The position numbers and the translations under genes were made by a program. The notes under the pieces were generated by a model. That model did not search any database. It saw only the letters and a program-made list of their open reading frames with translations, and had not been told where the DNA came from. A stretch of DNA of 64,000 bases from Anthoceros angustus (Eukaryota > Plantae > Anthocerotophyta): positions 1 through 64,000 of the forward strand of contig VJWM01000255.1 of assembly GCA_010909165.1 (NCBI GenBank), in the 5' to 3' direction. Shown here piece after piece: positions 1-13,719 of this stretch; position 1 is the stretch's first letter, and every line of letters starts with the position of its first letter.

Positions 1-422
1 TTGCACAATTTACAACCACATCTACAACAAACATGGTTTACAACGCCTTTTACAAGTACCGCTTTACAACATCCTTTATGCCACGTCATTATAAATTCAA
101 CAAAATGTAGTTTTATTAACAAATAACCCCCATAGTTTTCTAAATCAAAAGAGTTTATGCACAATTAACAACGTCATGTACAACGAGCAAGCCATGTCAA
201 CAAACCCCGCTAGTGTGTCAACATGCCATGTCAACAAATCTTGTAAAATTGTGTCAACATGCCATGTCAACAAACCCTTGTAAAATCCATGCCACATCAT
301 ATTAGTTAGGAACCCTTGTTGTAAATGTTCAAAAACTTACGTGGCTTTGAGTCAGTAAGAGTGTTGTAGTTTCCTCTAACTAAACTTAGACCCATTTGTA
401 AAGGTAGCCCCTCCTTGTAGTG
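1..422. mobile_element. Right end of a CACTA/EnSpm DNA transposon
   Basis: Ends in ...CTTGTAGTG at 414-422 (reverse complement CACTACAAG). AT-rich subterminal region with many TTTACAAC/GTCAACA motifs, as in the CACTA ends at 44427 and 46392. Confidence 0.75.
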
Positions 423-429
423 TGCATCA

Positions 430-2960
430 TCTTATGCATCATGACCATCCTCTTGCCGCCCTCGGTTGCACTTTGACTCCGGGTTGAATAAAGCCTCGCA
501 ATTAACTTATCTTTTATGGCCTTCTTATCCACATACAAATGTTTCCGAGAAAGCTGAACCCATAATAGAGGATGACTGCTTGGTGAACAAAAACTTGTTG
601 GATATTCTTGATGGATAGCCTTCGCCCCTCTCCCGAGTTGCTCCAGTGCTTGCCATCCCTCCGATTAAATATTCTTCCACGTACCTCCCTTCATACGCAT
701 CCGTGTGTTCGTACCAATGAACAAGGAAGTGAGGCTCGGTGCATGTAGTTCAACACAAGTCACCTTCCAATCCAAAAGGGTCTATTTTGCGTGTCCGTGC
801 GGAAGGCAACTAACATTCCTCTTTATTTATGCGATATCACCATTCAACCGTGACATTCTTGTTGTTGCCTCCCATTTTGGTATGCTCCCAAATACATATC
901 TCGCTAGGGCTCCTCAAGAATGCCTCCTCCAGAGTGCTTCATCCGAACATGCAGAGGTTGTACCTTCCACTTCGAGTACCACCTCCAAGGTTTGTGTAGC
1001 ACAAGGCCAATGTTGTTTTCCACAATAAGAATCTCCTCTGGTCCACCCAAAGCTTCCCACCATAAAACTCCTTGATGTCACAGGCCTAAGTTCAAGACCC
1101 CTTTAGATGAGCAACGGCAGCTTGGAGATAATATCATGTGGCTTCCTTTTTATCCCTCGACCGCAGCGGTCAAGGGCGCATTATAGTGTCCAAGGCACAA
1201 ATTTCAAAACTCCAAACCCCTTCGCTTCCCATCGAGGAGGTGCTGCTCGATAACGCTCAAACCCACCGCTTTCACGTGTTATTTTAAACTGGAACGATAG
1301 GTTGTTCGCTTTCTTACCGCCCATAATGAGTCCTCTCGGCCTTGTGTAATGGGCCACACATATGAAGTCGCCACATCAATAATACCTTGACCGTGTAGGA
1401 GTGTACGCTTGCAAGATCTCGACAATGCGGAAGCGTGTGAGCTTCTTTATGTTTCAAGCTTTTGGAGAAGCAAGAAAACATCCGGTCGATTTGATCATGA
1501 GTATGCCCGACCAAAAGGAATCCCACTTTCACTTTTTCAAAAGTACCCATATCAACAAGCATGTTCGGAAGCAAAAGCTGGTTCTTATTCTCCCGCATGT
1601 GTTGTCCAACCGCAAATACAAAACTCTTGGCAGACACCCTCGTAATTATGTATAACGTCCCGAATAATGGTGATCGTAAGATTCGCGTCGTTCGAAATTC
1701 GCATAATGCAAATAGGCTCTAGCTTTAAGCGTATAGTTGTGAATCATGCACCCAACCACGTGGATGAATATCACCTCCTCACGAGGTTTTTCGCCACCGG
1801 AGAAGATGAGGTATCTCTGTCTTTTTGGTCCATTCCATCAATTGATAGCAGATATACTTATGTGGCTCCACATAGCTCTTGCTCCGTGTTTAGCCATTTT
1901 CGCTGCCTCGGTGGAGCCGCACACGATGTGCTTCCAAGGCAACTGAATTTCTCTCGTGCCAAAACGAACATCATAATCAGAAAATAGACCCCCATCTCAC
2001 CCATCCTGACACTTTGCAGAGAACCATCCAACCTATACAAAAGCTTTTTGAAGACGCCTTACCAATCATCCATGCAATGGCGGGTGGCCGCCGCCTTCCC
2101 TTTTCGCCACGGATGATTTGGGAGGGGTCTCCGAATCATCATCAGCTCAGCAGCGCCGGCGCCCCCTCTCTCTGAGATGGGAGATTTATCCGGCCAGAAG
2201 AGGGCGCCGGCTGCCGCGCCCAGCTGTGGGGAAACCCAATCCATGGTAAGTATTGGGCAAAGCACATGCATCGATTATGACAAGAAGACACAAGAGGGTA
2301 CATCCGGTGATGATAGGCATTCAACAAGGAGGAACAAGCACATGAAGGACACATTGGTGCAATTTACCTTGATCTTGCTTGTGCTTTGTATTTCTTATAG
2401 TGCTCTTCAGGCCTGCGCAAAGCGAGCATGTTGAAAATCTGTTGGACTTCGGGATTTTTACTCTGGGGAAGTTGCTTCTCCACAATTTTAAGAAACATGG
2501 ATACTTCACATAGCGTATGCTAGAGCTTTCGCACTGACGCTTGTACAAGGCCCATATTTCCAACTTTGTATACGTGTCGGGTAGATTAAATACTTCCAAA
2601 TTAGGAAGCCGCCGCCATAAACATAAAAGCATTGTCCATCCAAGAAATGGCATCAAGCGATAAGTAGATTGTGCCTTCGGGTTTGGTCCGAATCCATCCC
2701 AAGGTGATTCCAAAAGACTCGCTTTAGCTCCTCATACCTCTTGTGCCCAAGGCAATACACTCTTTGAAAGCCTTCAAGCGGCATAAGAGTCGCTCCCATG
2801 AGATATGTGTGACCGCTTTCCTTCTATCACCGCACTCCATCCGATCAACAAGAGATCAAGAAATGTCTCTGCCTCGCCTCCCATCCGAAGAAAGTATCGC
2901 GCTCTGAAATCGCTCTTTGGTCACCAAGAAACACATGTTGTTGCAACAAGGCTTCTTGAA
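430..2960 (-). pseudogene. Degenerate Sola-like DDD transposase (GHTH-x-x-ID type)
   Basis: Minus-strand segments joined across frameshifts: LPDTYTKLEIWALYK...FLKLWRSNFPRVKIPKSNRFSTCSLC (CxxC, ~2410-2590), DGMDQ-KTEIPH (~1810-1845), LPRVLYLRLDNTCG-ENKN (~1575-1635), FLLVGHTHDQIDRMFS (~1473-1525), and C-terminal PFWIGR...LVHWYEHTDAYEGRYVEEY (~665-790). Confidence 0.7.
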
Positions 2961-4319
2961 ATGCAAGCATTGTCTCCCTTCACTTTTGTCAACGACACTC
3001 ACGCGTCCCGCATGATAGAGTATTTGCGGTTGTCGGGGCCTTCAAAGTCTCACTTAGAGGCGGATGGAAGGATTGAGGCATCGTCCGGAAGTGGAGGAAT
3101 CGCCGTCCCCCAATGGGCCCTTCATCATCCGGAGTGGAGGCGAGCAACAATATCCTCATGAAACAAACCACGGGAACCATGGGTCTCCCGGGGAAGGTCA
3201 CGACATTGGGAAGTGAGAACGCGTTTGGATGGGCTTCCTCCAAAGATAGCGATGCAAATTCCTAGGTGTTGAGGAACACCGCGGACATTTGGCGACAAAT
3301 GTCGACGTTTCTCTGCCGCAAGAGCAATGTCCGAATAGTCAACGGGATCACACCATATGGATTTTCAAACCGCCCATCATCCAATTATAATCAAGGAAGA
3401 AATCTAACCTTCATCATCTACGTCTTCGCAATGGCAAAATGCACGACGGCGGCGATGTGATGTGGCGGCCTGCATGACTAGCCTCTTCCCTTCTCTTGTT
3501 TTCGGAAGCACGGACATTGGGAAGGCAAGTGTTGATCCCAAAGATGATCGATAGCCGATGAACCCAATCGAAAACAACTAAACTTAGAATCCTAAAACAA
3601 ACCCGAAGGAAAGGAAATCAAGAAAAAGAACTCAAACCTCTCCTTCCGGTGTGGGTGAGGCGCAACATTGTATGCCCTGCGCTCGTAAGAACCTTGATTG
3701 AGAGCGCCGCCGTCATGGGAGAGGCGAGGGAAGGCGAGAGACCTTGTGGAGAATGGTCAAGGAAGGTTGCGAATGGCGGTTGTGTGCCTTGAAGGCATAT
3801 CGCAAAGATAGGAAGGACATTATTTTCCGTCTACGACATCATGATGGACTATCGAGAGGTATCCAACTGGATCGCGCCGTCATGCCTTTTATGGTCGACA
3901 ATTATGGTGCACCACCAAGTCAATGTGATTATGGATAGACAGAGTTTATATTAGGGCATAGCGAAATATGGTAACGAGGTATTTAAGCACGTTTTGGTCT
4001 ATAAATGCGGGGCAAGGGAACCCTAATTACAACCTCTTTCTCTTGCCGGCGGTGGGGCGCCAGGGGCGATTTCAGAGAAGTAACGAGGCGAGAGCATACG
4101 GCGGTGTTGCTGGCGAGTTGGAGCACAATTGTGCTTGAATTCCACGCTCCCTTCGCCACGCGAGAGAATTCAGCCGGGCGACGAGCTTTGTGAGGCGGAA
4201 GCCATCGATCCATCGGCGCATGAACAGTTCGGCCCTCTCAGTGATCGAGTAACACCTTCCATTTCTCTTTGCGCAGACAGTTGACGCCGCGCCTCGCCGG
4301 GCTTGCTGGTTTGCAATTG

Positions 4320-6742
4320 AAGATGGCGAGCGGGAGGCGGAGCAAGAAGGACTGGCAGAGGCGGGCCGACCCCCAGCGCCGCGCCGAACGCGTAAAAGGC
4401 GAACAAGGCGAAGCGCGGCACGCAAGAAGTTCGGGAGGCCCACCGCGCCGAGTGCATGGCAACTGAGCGACTGCACATCCGGAGGTGTGGAGGGCATAAA
4501 GCATCGGGGAGACAAAATCTGGGAGCATGTCTTCGGGAAGACAAGCCAACAAAGGCCGCGCGCAAGGGCCGGGAAGGAGGCACCAAAAGTTCAAAGCATG
4601 TGGTGCCACCTCCAATTCCATCACCTTTCAGCTACGAGGAAACCGTGCACATCCGCATCGGGTGGCCGATTGACCTGATTTTTAAGGATTGGATGCTCGT
4701 CCAGATCCGCATCCGTAAGAGGAAAAGCAGATGGACGCCTTGTCAAACTCGGATAATGGGGTAGTGGGGGCTTTGCCCAATCAAAAGAGCAAGAGCCGGA
4801 TGGGTAACTGGGCAACAATGGATATGAATGAGGGGAGCCGAGTTCACGTTGTTTTGCACCACTGTGCCATATGAGTTTGACGCGATCCGGACCCGATATT
4901 TACAGGTGTCTTATGTTCTCCGAGGGTTCAATGCCAAGAAATGTGCACCTCGCTCACTAGTCAAGAGTTCCGCGAGTGCATGCGCCAACACAGTAAGTTG
5001 GAACAAACAACGCCTTTTTTCAAAACCATGAGACTTGGATGATCGACGATTTCGCTGCTTTCCCACCGTTAGTCGGAATGGCCCTCATCGGGCTATTTGC
5101 GGAAGATTACGAGACGTTGTGGATCACAGGAGAGAGCTTTCAATGAGAAGGGTGAGAGCACCCATCAAAGAATTGCGAAGAGGCAGAGAGTCCGAGCCCC
5201 ATCCCGAAAGTGAACTTGGGCCCTCGATGAGGAAGATGGCCCCATTCCGACGTGCTCGGGCATTCGGAGGAAGAAGTGTCCGGGGGAGGGAAGACGAGAT
5301 GCTGCCAAGCTGGCATTGCATGGGCCAATGGTTGTCCCAACCATGGCCTACATCAGGAGCAGGCGGGCCGGCCGCCTGTGTGTGTGTTGAAGGGTGGAGC
5401 GAACTGAACTTGCTTTATCCAACAAGGAGATGCGCCGCCGGCCCCGGAAGAGCTTCACATGCCCTTCCACCGGACCGCAGTGGAAGAATAGTTGTTGGAT
5501 CCCGAGAGGGAAGAGGGTGGTGTGGAGGCGGGTTGAGCAGATGAAGAAGGAGGAGGCGCCGGGCCGGCGCCTCTTGAGTGCGGAGATCATGACACCAAGG
5601 TCGGTTCATGGGAAAGCGCCCGCAATTTGGATTCCATAGGCCACATAGTGGCGGCACGGAGGCGGAGGAAGGAAGAAATGGCAAAGAGGACCAGTTGGAG
5701 ATTCCATCGGCATATTTCGACAGATGAAGAACGTAGAAGACGCGATCGGGATGCACCCCTCTCGCCTCGAGGGATTCACCACGAAGAAGGTTGGTCTGGA
5801 AAAGTGTTGGTCAAATTGGAGAACTTAAGACACCGCACATAACACGGGATGCGATTCGCAGGGGGTTGATGAGGCATGGGCCAATTATTTGGCTCGGGTT
5901 ATTTCAAGGGAGGATAGAGGAGGGTATTGCCACCTTATGTATGATAGATCCAAGTGAGTGCACCTCGCAAGTCGGATCGGAAGCGGCGGCGAAAAATACG
6001 TTATGGGGTTCTTGGTGGAACCATACTTATGCACCATGAAACATCTATGTGATATCTCACCAGGGAAGAAGAGGTTCCAATATGTGGAAGCACATGTCTA
6101 TTGTGGGCTTACTGTACCAGAAATGCGAGTGCTGGCCACGGATCACAATACCATGTCGGACAAAAGGAAGAAGATGAACTTCATAGAGCAGGTCCGGTAC
6201 TTGCGAGATGAGCTGCTGATTGCGAAACGCGAAGGAGTACAGATGACCATGGCATGGAAGTAAAATCTGTACAAAGTGCTGGGATTGATTGAGGATGATG
6301 AAGGGCGCGAAGACGATGTCCACAAGCAGAACAAAGTAGACAATCGCACACACATTTTATGCATCGCCAAGGTGAGGGAAGGTGTGGGACAATGTGGACT
6401 TGATTTTTCAAAGTGGGAGGTCGGAGAGCAATGTAAGAAGCATTTACCAGGGATAAGCAAGAAAGGAAAGGGAAGCGGAAGGTGGCCGAATAAGTGGACA
6501 TGATACGTAAAGCCAAGGACATGTTGGCAAAGCCATGGAAATCCTTCCAAGGAATACCACCGAGAGTGCGGGCAGAAATTCGTCAGAATGTAAAAGTTTT
6601 AATCGGACTTATTGATTTGAAGGGCATGGATGAGGAGATCACTTTGCGGAAGAAGTTCCATGTCATACAAGTTATGGCGGTAAAACACCGGGTGCTCATC
6701 ATTCGAGGAGGTGCGAAGAATATCCGCTGCCGGCTGCACTGA
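4320..6742 (+). pseudogene. Large frameshifted ORF with a ParB/Srx-like domain
   Basis: Reconstruction across 1-nt indels at ~6001-6150 gives YGVLGG-NHT-LCTMKHL...FQYVEAHVYCGLTVPEMRVLATDHN, resembling the ParB G-x-H motif and following strand-helix. Protein-like segments extend upstream to ~4320. The ORF is cut at 6743 by an LTR. Confidence 0.5.
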
Positions 6743-7808
6743 TGTTGTCCCGCTTTCAAACCGCTTTTGGCCGGGAAAGGTTAGTTTGCCCCATGTGTTC
6801 GGGATTTGCGGCCACGCCCTCGCCCTCTGTGGAATGAAGAATTTTGGTCACCCAAGACCCTAAGGGGGGACCGACGCGAGGATGGGTAGTGTCGCTCGGG
6901 TAGGTAGGTAGTAGGTAGGTCGATAGAGATGTAGGAAGATGGTAGGACGTCCGAGGGAGTTCGGACTTAATCGAGTCTGCATCGTAGGAGGTTCGATCTG
7001 GTAGGAAGTATGGGTAGATAGGAGCATATATAGGCATGATAGGTTCCAGAAATTCCTTGGACCTTGGGAAATAGGAATATTCGGGGATAAGAAGTTCCTT
7101 GGCCTTCGAATTATTTAGATTCCGCATGGCTATATATGCCAAATAGGGCTGGTTAGGTTGTAAATAGAAAATAGCTGCAGGAGTTTTGAACCGGACATGT
7201 GGCGACCATCAGGGAGGAGCGCCATTAAGGCGGATTTGCATGTACCGCAAACTCGTTAGCTGTGGTTTGAACGGGCGCCAGCGTGACTCAGTGATGGCGC
7301 GCAAAGGGGAGAGTAAGAGGAGCTTACGCCGAAGGAAGCAGAGTGCGGGCGACGCGATTGCAAGCAGGAGCGAATCGAGAGGGAGCAGCGCGAAGGCGCC
7401 ACAAGGAAGAGCAAGAGGCGACGCATCAGTGAGTGCCGGGCGAGAAGCTGAAGAGGAGTTCGGAGGGTCCAGGCGCGAAGTGGAGGTGCTCAAGCGGAGG
7501 AGCGATTGTTGGAGAGGCGCTGAAGGGAAGAGCTTGCTACCGCGAACAAAGTGTGAAGAAGCTGGAGGGAGATTGAAGGGGCCAAGGCCACCTCTTGGTG
7601 GTTGTGTTGAGGCCGACTGCTGAGGAGCACGGAAGCCCCTTGCTGCTCACCCAAACCACCACTTTTGCTCACCACTCTCTTAGCCCGATAGAGACCACTT
7701 CTCACACAATCCTTCATCGTCAAGGGATTGAGACCGAGCATGATGCTTTCCGCTTTCACTATCTTTGTTTGAATTGAAGGGGATATGGTGGGATCTAAGG
7801 TTTCAACA
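6743..7808. mobile_element. LTR (~1.07 kb)
   Basis: Termini TGTTG...CAACA; internally homologous to 8391-9230; no matching TSD seen. Confidence 0.6.
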
Positions 7809-8390
7809 GCAGGTCGAGGTGTGGTGATTCCACCGCTGGGATGTCTCAGTATATCCTTTGACTCACACCCCCGGCCCTATTGGGAGTTGGGCTTCTTGTT
7901 GACGGAATTGTAATGAAGAAGCGTTATCCTTGCTGCGGAACCGGCGGTGATGCAGATCCGGCAAGGATGCGGGAAGTGGTGCCTCAAGTCACCGCCCATC
8001 GCAATGAGGAAATTTCAGTTCGAGCACGAGATCCAATGCATACCGAGGTCGGACGAGTTCAAGGGATGGAAGGAGTTTTGAGGCAAGAATTCGCCATTGC
8101 GCTTTTTGCATTTACCCGAGCATCGACATTGTTGTCGGCGACCCGGGAGGCCCGGGTGACATGGTCTCGAGTCCCTCACGAGTAAGAGATTGGTTGTCCA
8201 CATGCTAAGGGCATTGTGTGACTAATCGCTTGAGAAATTGAAGGGAGGCCCAGTGGTGGCAAAGTTTACTACAAGATGTGGTTCCAGTGCAAGTGATTTC
8301 ATGAAGACAAAGAACTTTGGCGGGAAGTTGGATTGAGGTGGCCAAGTCAGCGCTTCATGTCTAGATGTGAGCATCGACCAAGAGGAAGGC

Positions 8391-9340
8391 ATTTTGGTCA
8401 CCCGCAATTGGCAGGGAGACCGACGGTAGATTGGGTAGTAGTTGTTCAGTGTAGGTAGTAGGTAGGTCGATGAAACAGTAGGAAGATGGTAGGACGTCCG
8501 AGGGAGTTCGGACTTAATCGTGCTGCACTGAGGAGGTCTGATCCTAGAAGTATGGGTAGATAGGAGCATATATAGGCATGATAGGTTCCAGAAAGTTCCT
8601 TGGACCACAGGAAATAGGAATATTCGGGACAGAAGTTCCTTGGCCTTGAATTATTTAGATTCCGCATGGCTATATATGCCAAATAGGGCTAGTTAAGTTG
8701 TAAATAGAAAATAGCTGTGAGTTTTGAACCGGACATGTGGCGACCATCGGGAGGCGCAATTAAGCGGTTGCATGTACCGCAAACTCGTTAGCTGTGGTTT
8801 GAACGGGCGCCAGCGGTGCAGCCGGGCGGGCGCCGAGGGGAGAGTGTTGCTCAAGGAGGAAGGCAGTGAGCGCCTCGCCGATTGGCGCAGTTGGAGGGAG
8901 CGCAACAAGGCGCCGAGGGCGCACGAGGCGAGCGCCGAGCGATAAGGAGCAGCGGGCGAGGCGTAGAGCTCAGGGCGTGAGCGCAAGGAGAAACGCTGAG
9001 AGGAGTGGAGGGTCCGCAAGTGCGAGTGGAGGTGCTCAAGCGGAGGAGGCGATTGTTGGAGAGGCGCAAGAGCCGCCAGCGTGAGACAAGGGTAGCCTGG
9101 AGGGAGATTGAAGGGGCCAAGGCCACCTCGGTGGTGTGAGGCTGACCGTTGAGGAGCACGGAAGTTTTCCCCTTGCTCACCCAAACCACCACTTCTTTGC
9201 TCACCACTCTCTTAGCACGATAGATTACTCTCCAATCTCTCCAATCTTGCTATCCTTGTGTGCTCCCCGCAGTGCGGATGGTGAAGGTAGTAGGATAGGA
9301 ACGGGGTACTCCCACGGGAGGAAACCTCCGCCACACCCCA
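8391..9340. mobile_element. Second, diverged copy of the same LTR-like sequence
   Basis: Shares long blocks with 6840-7700 (e.g. GTAGGAAGATGGTAGGACGTCCGAGGGAGTTCGGACTTAATCG; TTATTTAGATTCCGCATGGCTATATATGCCAAATAGGGCT); the ends differ. Confidence 0.6.
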
Positions 9341-9399
9341 CAAGGGAAAGGGAAGAAACACCCAATTCCGAGTTCGAGTGTAGGCGCTCCAAATTTCAC

Positions 9400-11880
9400 C
9401 TCGAGATTTGAGGCGCCTCGAGCGCCACGCGCCCGAGATGAAGATGGAATGGTACTTGGTGCACAGGTGGCACTTGCGAGCCACCTTGGTTCGTGGAGTG
9501 TGCGCGATTTAATGAGAGTGACCAAGGCGGACGGCCAATTCGAGGATCTGACGGTCAAAGTCATCACAGGATGTGGAAGGTACGGCATTTCCGTGGATAC
9601 GACGATAAGCCCACAAGGGAGGGATCATTCCGCAGCTCAGCCTCCAAGAATCGGATCCGGAGGAGGTTATGGGTATGTTCCTCGACCAAGGAGGAAGTAT
9701 GGTCGCAAGGCAATGGTGGAGGATCTCTTTGTTCAAGGAGGCGGAAGTGGAATTTATTCGCCAAGATATGGCTAGGACTAACGTGCGCAAGGAAGACGAC
9801 TGGAAATTCCCATTTAATGATGATGTATGAGATGTCGAGGAAGTTGGTGGATTGGGCCACCATTCTCAGATGAACAAAGGGTTGCGCACCGAAACCATTT
9901 GGTGATGGAGGGAGCAAGAATCGGTTTGTCTCTACCTTCCTCGTACACCTATATCGGAGGAGGAGGTTCTTACACCGAGCCGGAAGAAGCCAAGATAAAG
10001 CTACTGAGGGTAGTGGAAGGAGAGCCACCGGGCCCTGCAGAGGATGAAGAGACAGAGGCCCGGGCAAGAGACCACCACGCGAATCAACATGAGGCCTCGG
10101 GATCGGGAACCCAACAAGAGAAAGGGAAAGGCCATAGAAGCACCTCCTACGGAGGAAGGAGGAAAGGATCTGAGACCACCTACGGAGGAAGAGATTGATG
10201 GTAGGAGTGACAAATCGGGCCGGGTGGGGAGGAACCCCTACGGTGGGACCCGGGGAGGATGGAGGACCTACGGTGGGAGCTTTACCTCCTACCAAGAAGT
10301 AGTAACAAGACTTGAGGCAGTGACGGAGAAGAACGCCGAGGCGTTGGTGACCTACGCACCAGGAGGAGCAGAGGAAGTGTTTGAGAATGCCGCATCCCAC
10401 AGGGTAGTTGCCGAGCAAGGAAGTGGGCGCGGATCTATGGACGCCCTAGTGGACCGTGGTCGGAGGTGGCCGAGTTCGTCTGAACTTGAGACCTCTGAAG
10501 GAGGCGGAAGGAGGGAACCTCCTAGAAGCGATTGAGGAGCTCAAAACCACCTCAGAAGCAACACTCCGTGCTAGATCCGCCAAAGAGCGACAGATGACCA
10601 CCAAGTTGGTGAATGTGTGGGAAATGATTGACTGTGTCTTAGGGTGAGAGGCAAAATCAGCCAAGAGGGCCGAGGAGTTGGAAGCTACCTAGCAAGGGTA
10701 GGAGGCGTATGAAAGTTGGAAGCTACCTAGCAAGGGTAGGAGGCATCGAGCCTTGAGGAGGCGGAAGGAGGAAGATCACGCCTAGCCCCGGACCTTGAAG
10801 GCAGAAGGACCTCCTCGAAGAAGTTAGTTGCCATGGAGCAGCGGAAGGAGCATTACAAGGAAAATATACGCTTGGTGAAGGAACGACAAGGATGGGACAA
10901 TGTGACCAAGGGTCACAAAGAGGAGCTTCAGACACGAGAGAACTTTTGGAGCAAAGAACGAAGAAGTTAGTTGCCATGGAGCAGCGGAAGGAGGGAACCT
11001 CCTACCACGGTGGAAGGAGGCGGAAGGAGGCGGAAGGAAGTTTTGATGGCCCAACGATCTTTGGAGGGTCTTGGTCATTCGAGGAGGCGGTGCGGCCATA
11101 GTAAAGCGCATGGCGATGGAAGCCATGGAGAAGATAAGGAGATTGGGAGACTTGCCACAGGTTGGAGAGAGTGGAGAAAGAGGCCGCATTGGTAGGAGTG
11201 ACAAAGCCGGTGGGACGAAAAGGCCATCCCACTAAGGGTCCGCATCATGGGCGCACAAAGAAGGAGAGTGGTAGGGTGGCGACCTATTACAACAACCTCC
11301 TAGAAGCGATTGAGGAGGAGACCCGGAAGGAGGAAGAAAGAAAGACCTCACTCGACGCCTGGGAATGGCACCGAGGTCAAACTTTGAGTTGGTACAAGGA
11401 AAGCAGCCGGCCGGGACATAGCCGAGCGAGTCAAGAAGCACCTCCTACCACGGTGGAAGGAGGGAACCTCCTACCACGGTGGAGCTAGGGGAGGAAGAGA
11501 TTGATGGTAGGATGGTACCTACCAAAGTTCCTACTCAGGTAGGAACTGTTGATGAGGAGGAGGAGACCCGGAAGGAGGGGAACCTCCGGTCGATGAAACC
11601 CAGGCTGTGAGGGAAGGAACCCCCATAGCGAGATCTGAAACCGTGGTAGGAGACGAACCGCCTACCAAGAAGGCGAGAAGGAGGCGGAGGCAAGGCTAAG
11701 CGACCCATCGAGGATGAACGTAGGAGGAATGGAACCTCCTACCACGGTGGAAGGAGGGAACCTCCTACCACGGTGGAAGGAGGCGGAAGGAGGCGATGGA
11801 AGCCATGGAGAAGGACTCGGAGGAGGCAAGGCTAAGCGACCCATCGAAGGGAAGACATTGAAGTCGAGTAACAAAAGCAG
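9400..11880 (+). mobile_element. Degenerate retroelement-associated ORF (coiled-coil, with internal repeats)
   Basis: Fragmented purine-rich ORFs with recurring units PPTTVEGGNLLPRWKEAEG and AGTTAGTTGCCATGGAGCAGCGGAAGGAG; lies between LTR-like sequences; no RT or integrase motifs recognised. Confidence 0.4.
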
Positions 11881-12045
11881 AACGAGGATGTCAGAGGACC
11901 TTTCAAGAGGACGTTTTGTCCCAAGTGGTGCACACCTTGGGAAGTGTGAGTATTTAAGAGTGGCAGATAGATGATAGGATATTCCGGTCAAGGTGAGCTG
12001 GACCGAGCTGAGAGGATGAACTGCAAGGGGACTGACAAGGATCCT

Positions 12046-12255
12046 ATTGTTGGACTTGGCAAGTCGCCCTAGCATTAAACTAGCACGAGTGACCAGTCGA
12101 CTCCCCCACCTATAAAAGGGAGGGTGGAAGGATGAATAAACACCAGACCTTGCTTTGCCATGCACTCTTCGTCTCTTCGGCGCAACCCTTTGTGTGTGTG
12201 TGCGAATGACTCGCGTGATAGAAGGCGGGGTGGGGTTCGGTCGGAGGCCCTGTGG
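12046..12255 (+). mobile_element. LTR-like segment interrupted by the TIR element at 12256; probably continues at 14955-15371
   Basis: Starts TGTTGG and contains CTATAAAAG and AATAAA; the putative continuation ends ...CATAACA at 15371. Confidence 0.4.
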
Positions 12256-13245
12256 AACACGATAATTTTGCAAGGGGAATATAGGCGGGGTTTACCGCTT
12301 TATCCTTTGAAGAGGGTTTGATGGGTCTAAAACTAGCCTCGTCATGGCATGCTCTAAAAATTTATCACAAAATCATGGTGTCACACCATTGGTTGCATTG
12401 TTTTCATGATGAGGCATGTGAAGGGTTTAGGCTTTCCACAACACATCGATTTCGGCATAATTGAACCCACGTGGTTGACCATTCTTGGCGGTGTTACGCA
12501 CATAAATATTGCCTTTCAACTAAGGCACTATGTAAAACACCAAAAGAAGACCCGAGTAGTCGTTTGTATACTACACTTTGGGCATATGAGGAGGGGGCGC
12601 GCCCCGGGCCTTTCCCCGCATACCTCCCGAGAGTTTGGGGTTTAGGTCAAAGTTCGGTCGTCGTTCTCACTTCCCACGGACAATGTCCTTCGCGTATGTG
12701 ATAGAGTATACGACGACATCGGATTCCAGATTGATATGCAAATGGAACCCTCTTCAGCAAGCACCTTCATTCTGATTTTTTTACAGCCGCCCACATGGTT
12801 GTCACTAGCAACCGAATGCCGCAAGCCCTTGTCACAAGGTCATGTTTCCATTTGCATTCCACTACATCAGTCCAGGGTGGGGCAAGCGCGAAGTCCTTCA
12901 AAGCAAATGACCGCCCTCTGTGGGGAACACAAAGGCCTTGTACTTCATGCACACTATTTCAATACCATACCAGTTAACCAAATCAGGAGCTGTTGCTTTA
13001 AAATATTTTTAAAATATATAGAGTAAGTGGGATTAGTTCCCCTCAAAACCACGGCCCAAACCTCAAAGTAATGTTATGTTCCACATTTTGGCGGGTACCT
13101 GAACATGCCCATATATTCTTGAGAACGGTTGCACATTGTACTGATGAATTAATGAAAGTAAGTTCATAGGTTTTTCAAAATGGGTGCAATCGTGGCATGA
13201 GAGAAGAATTTCAAAATACATCCATAAAGAGGATGCCGGCTGGCC

Positions 13246-13390
13246 GGCGCCCTCCCCATGCATGCCCTCCCCATGGGCGCGCGGCGCCCTCCCCATGCAT
13301 GCCCTCCCCATGGGCGCCGGCCTGGCGCCCTCCCCATGCACGCCCTCCCCATCGGCCGGCGCGCCTCCCCATGCACGCCCTCCCCATGGG
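13246..13390. repeat. GC-rich tandem array, ~35-37 bp unit GGCGCCCTCCCCATGCATGCCCTCCCCATG x~4
   Basis: Directly visible; related motifs recur at 14741, 16897 and 17335-17530. Confidence 0.85.
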
Positions 13391-13719
13391 CTGCCTTTGA
13401 TAAAATAAATAATTAGCGGTTCAAATGATTTGTGGCTTGGGGTGGTTACTCAAGTGGTTGGATAGAGTTTAGTAAGTAGTAGTCGTGAGGTCAAAACCTC
13501 TACTCCACACACAACTTTGTTGATTTTAAGGGCATCCTTTAAATTAAAGGATTCTGTCCTTAAGGACGCATTCACGAGTCCTTATTTTGGCCAGCATAGT
13601 TAAGAATTTGTAGTTTTAAACCCAAAATCATAGCAAATATCTTTCAATCGTTGATCGCGAGTTTGAAATTACTCGTAATATTATATTAATGGTCTCAAAT
13701 TATAAAAGAATCAAAATGG

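Noticed and set aside
6738-7813. Solo LTR with TSD
   Set aside because: Flanks ACTGA and GCAGG do not match, so a clean solo-LTR origin is unsupported.
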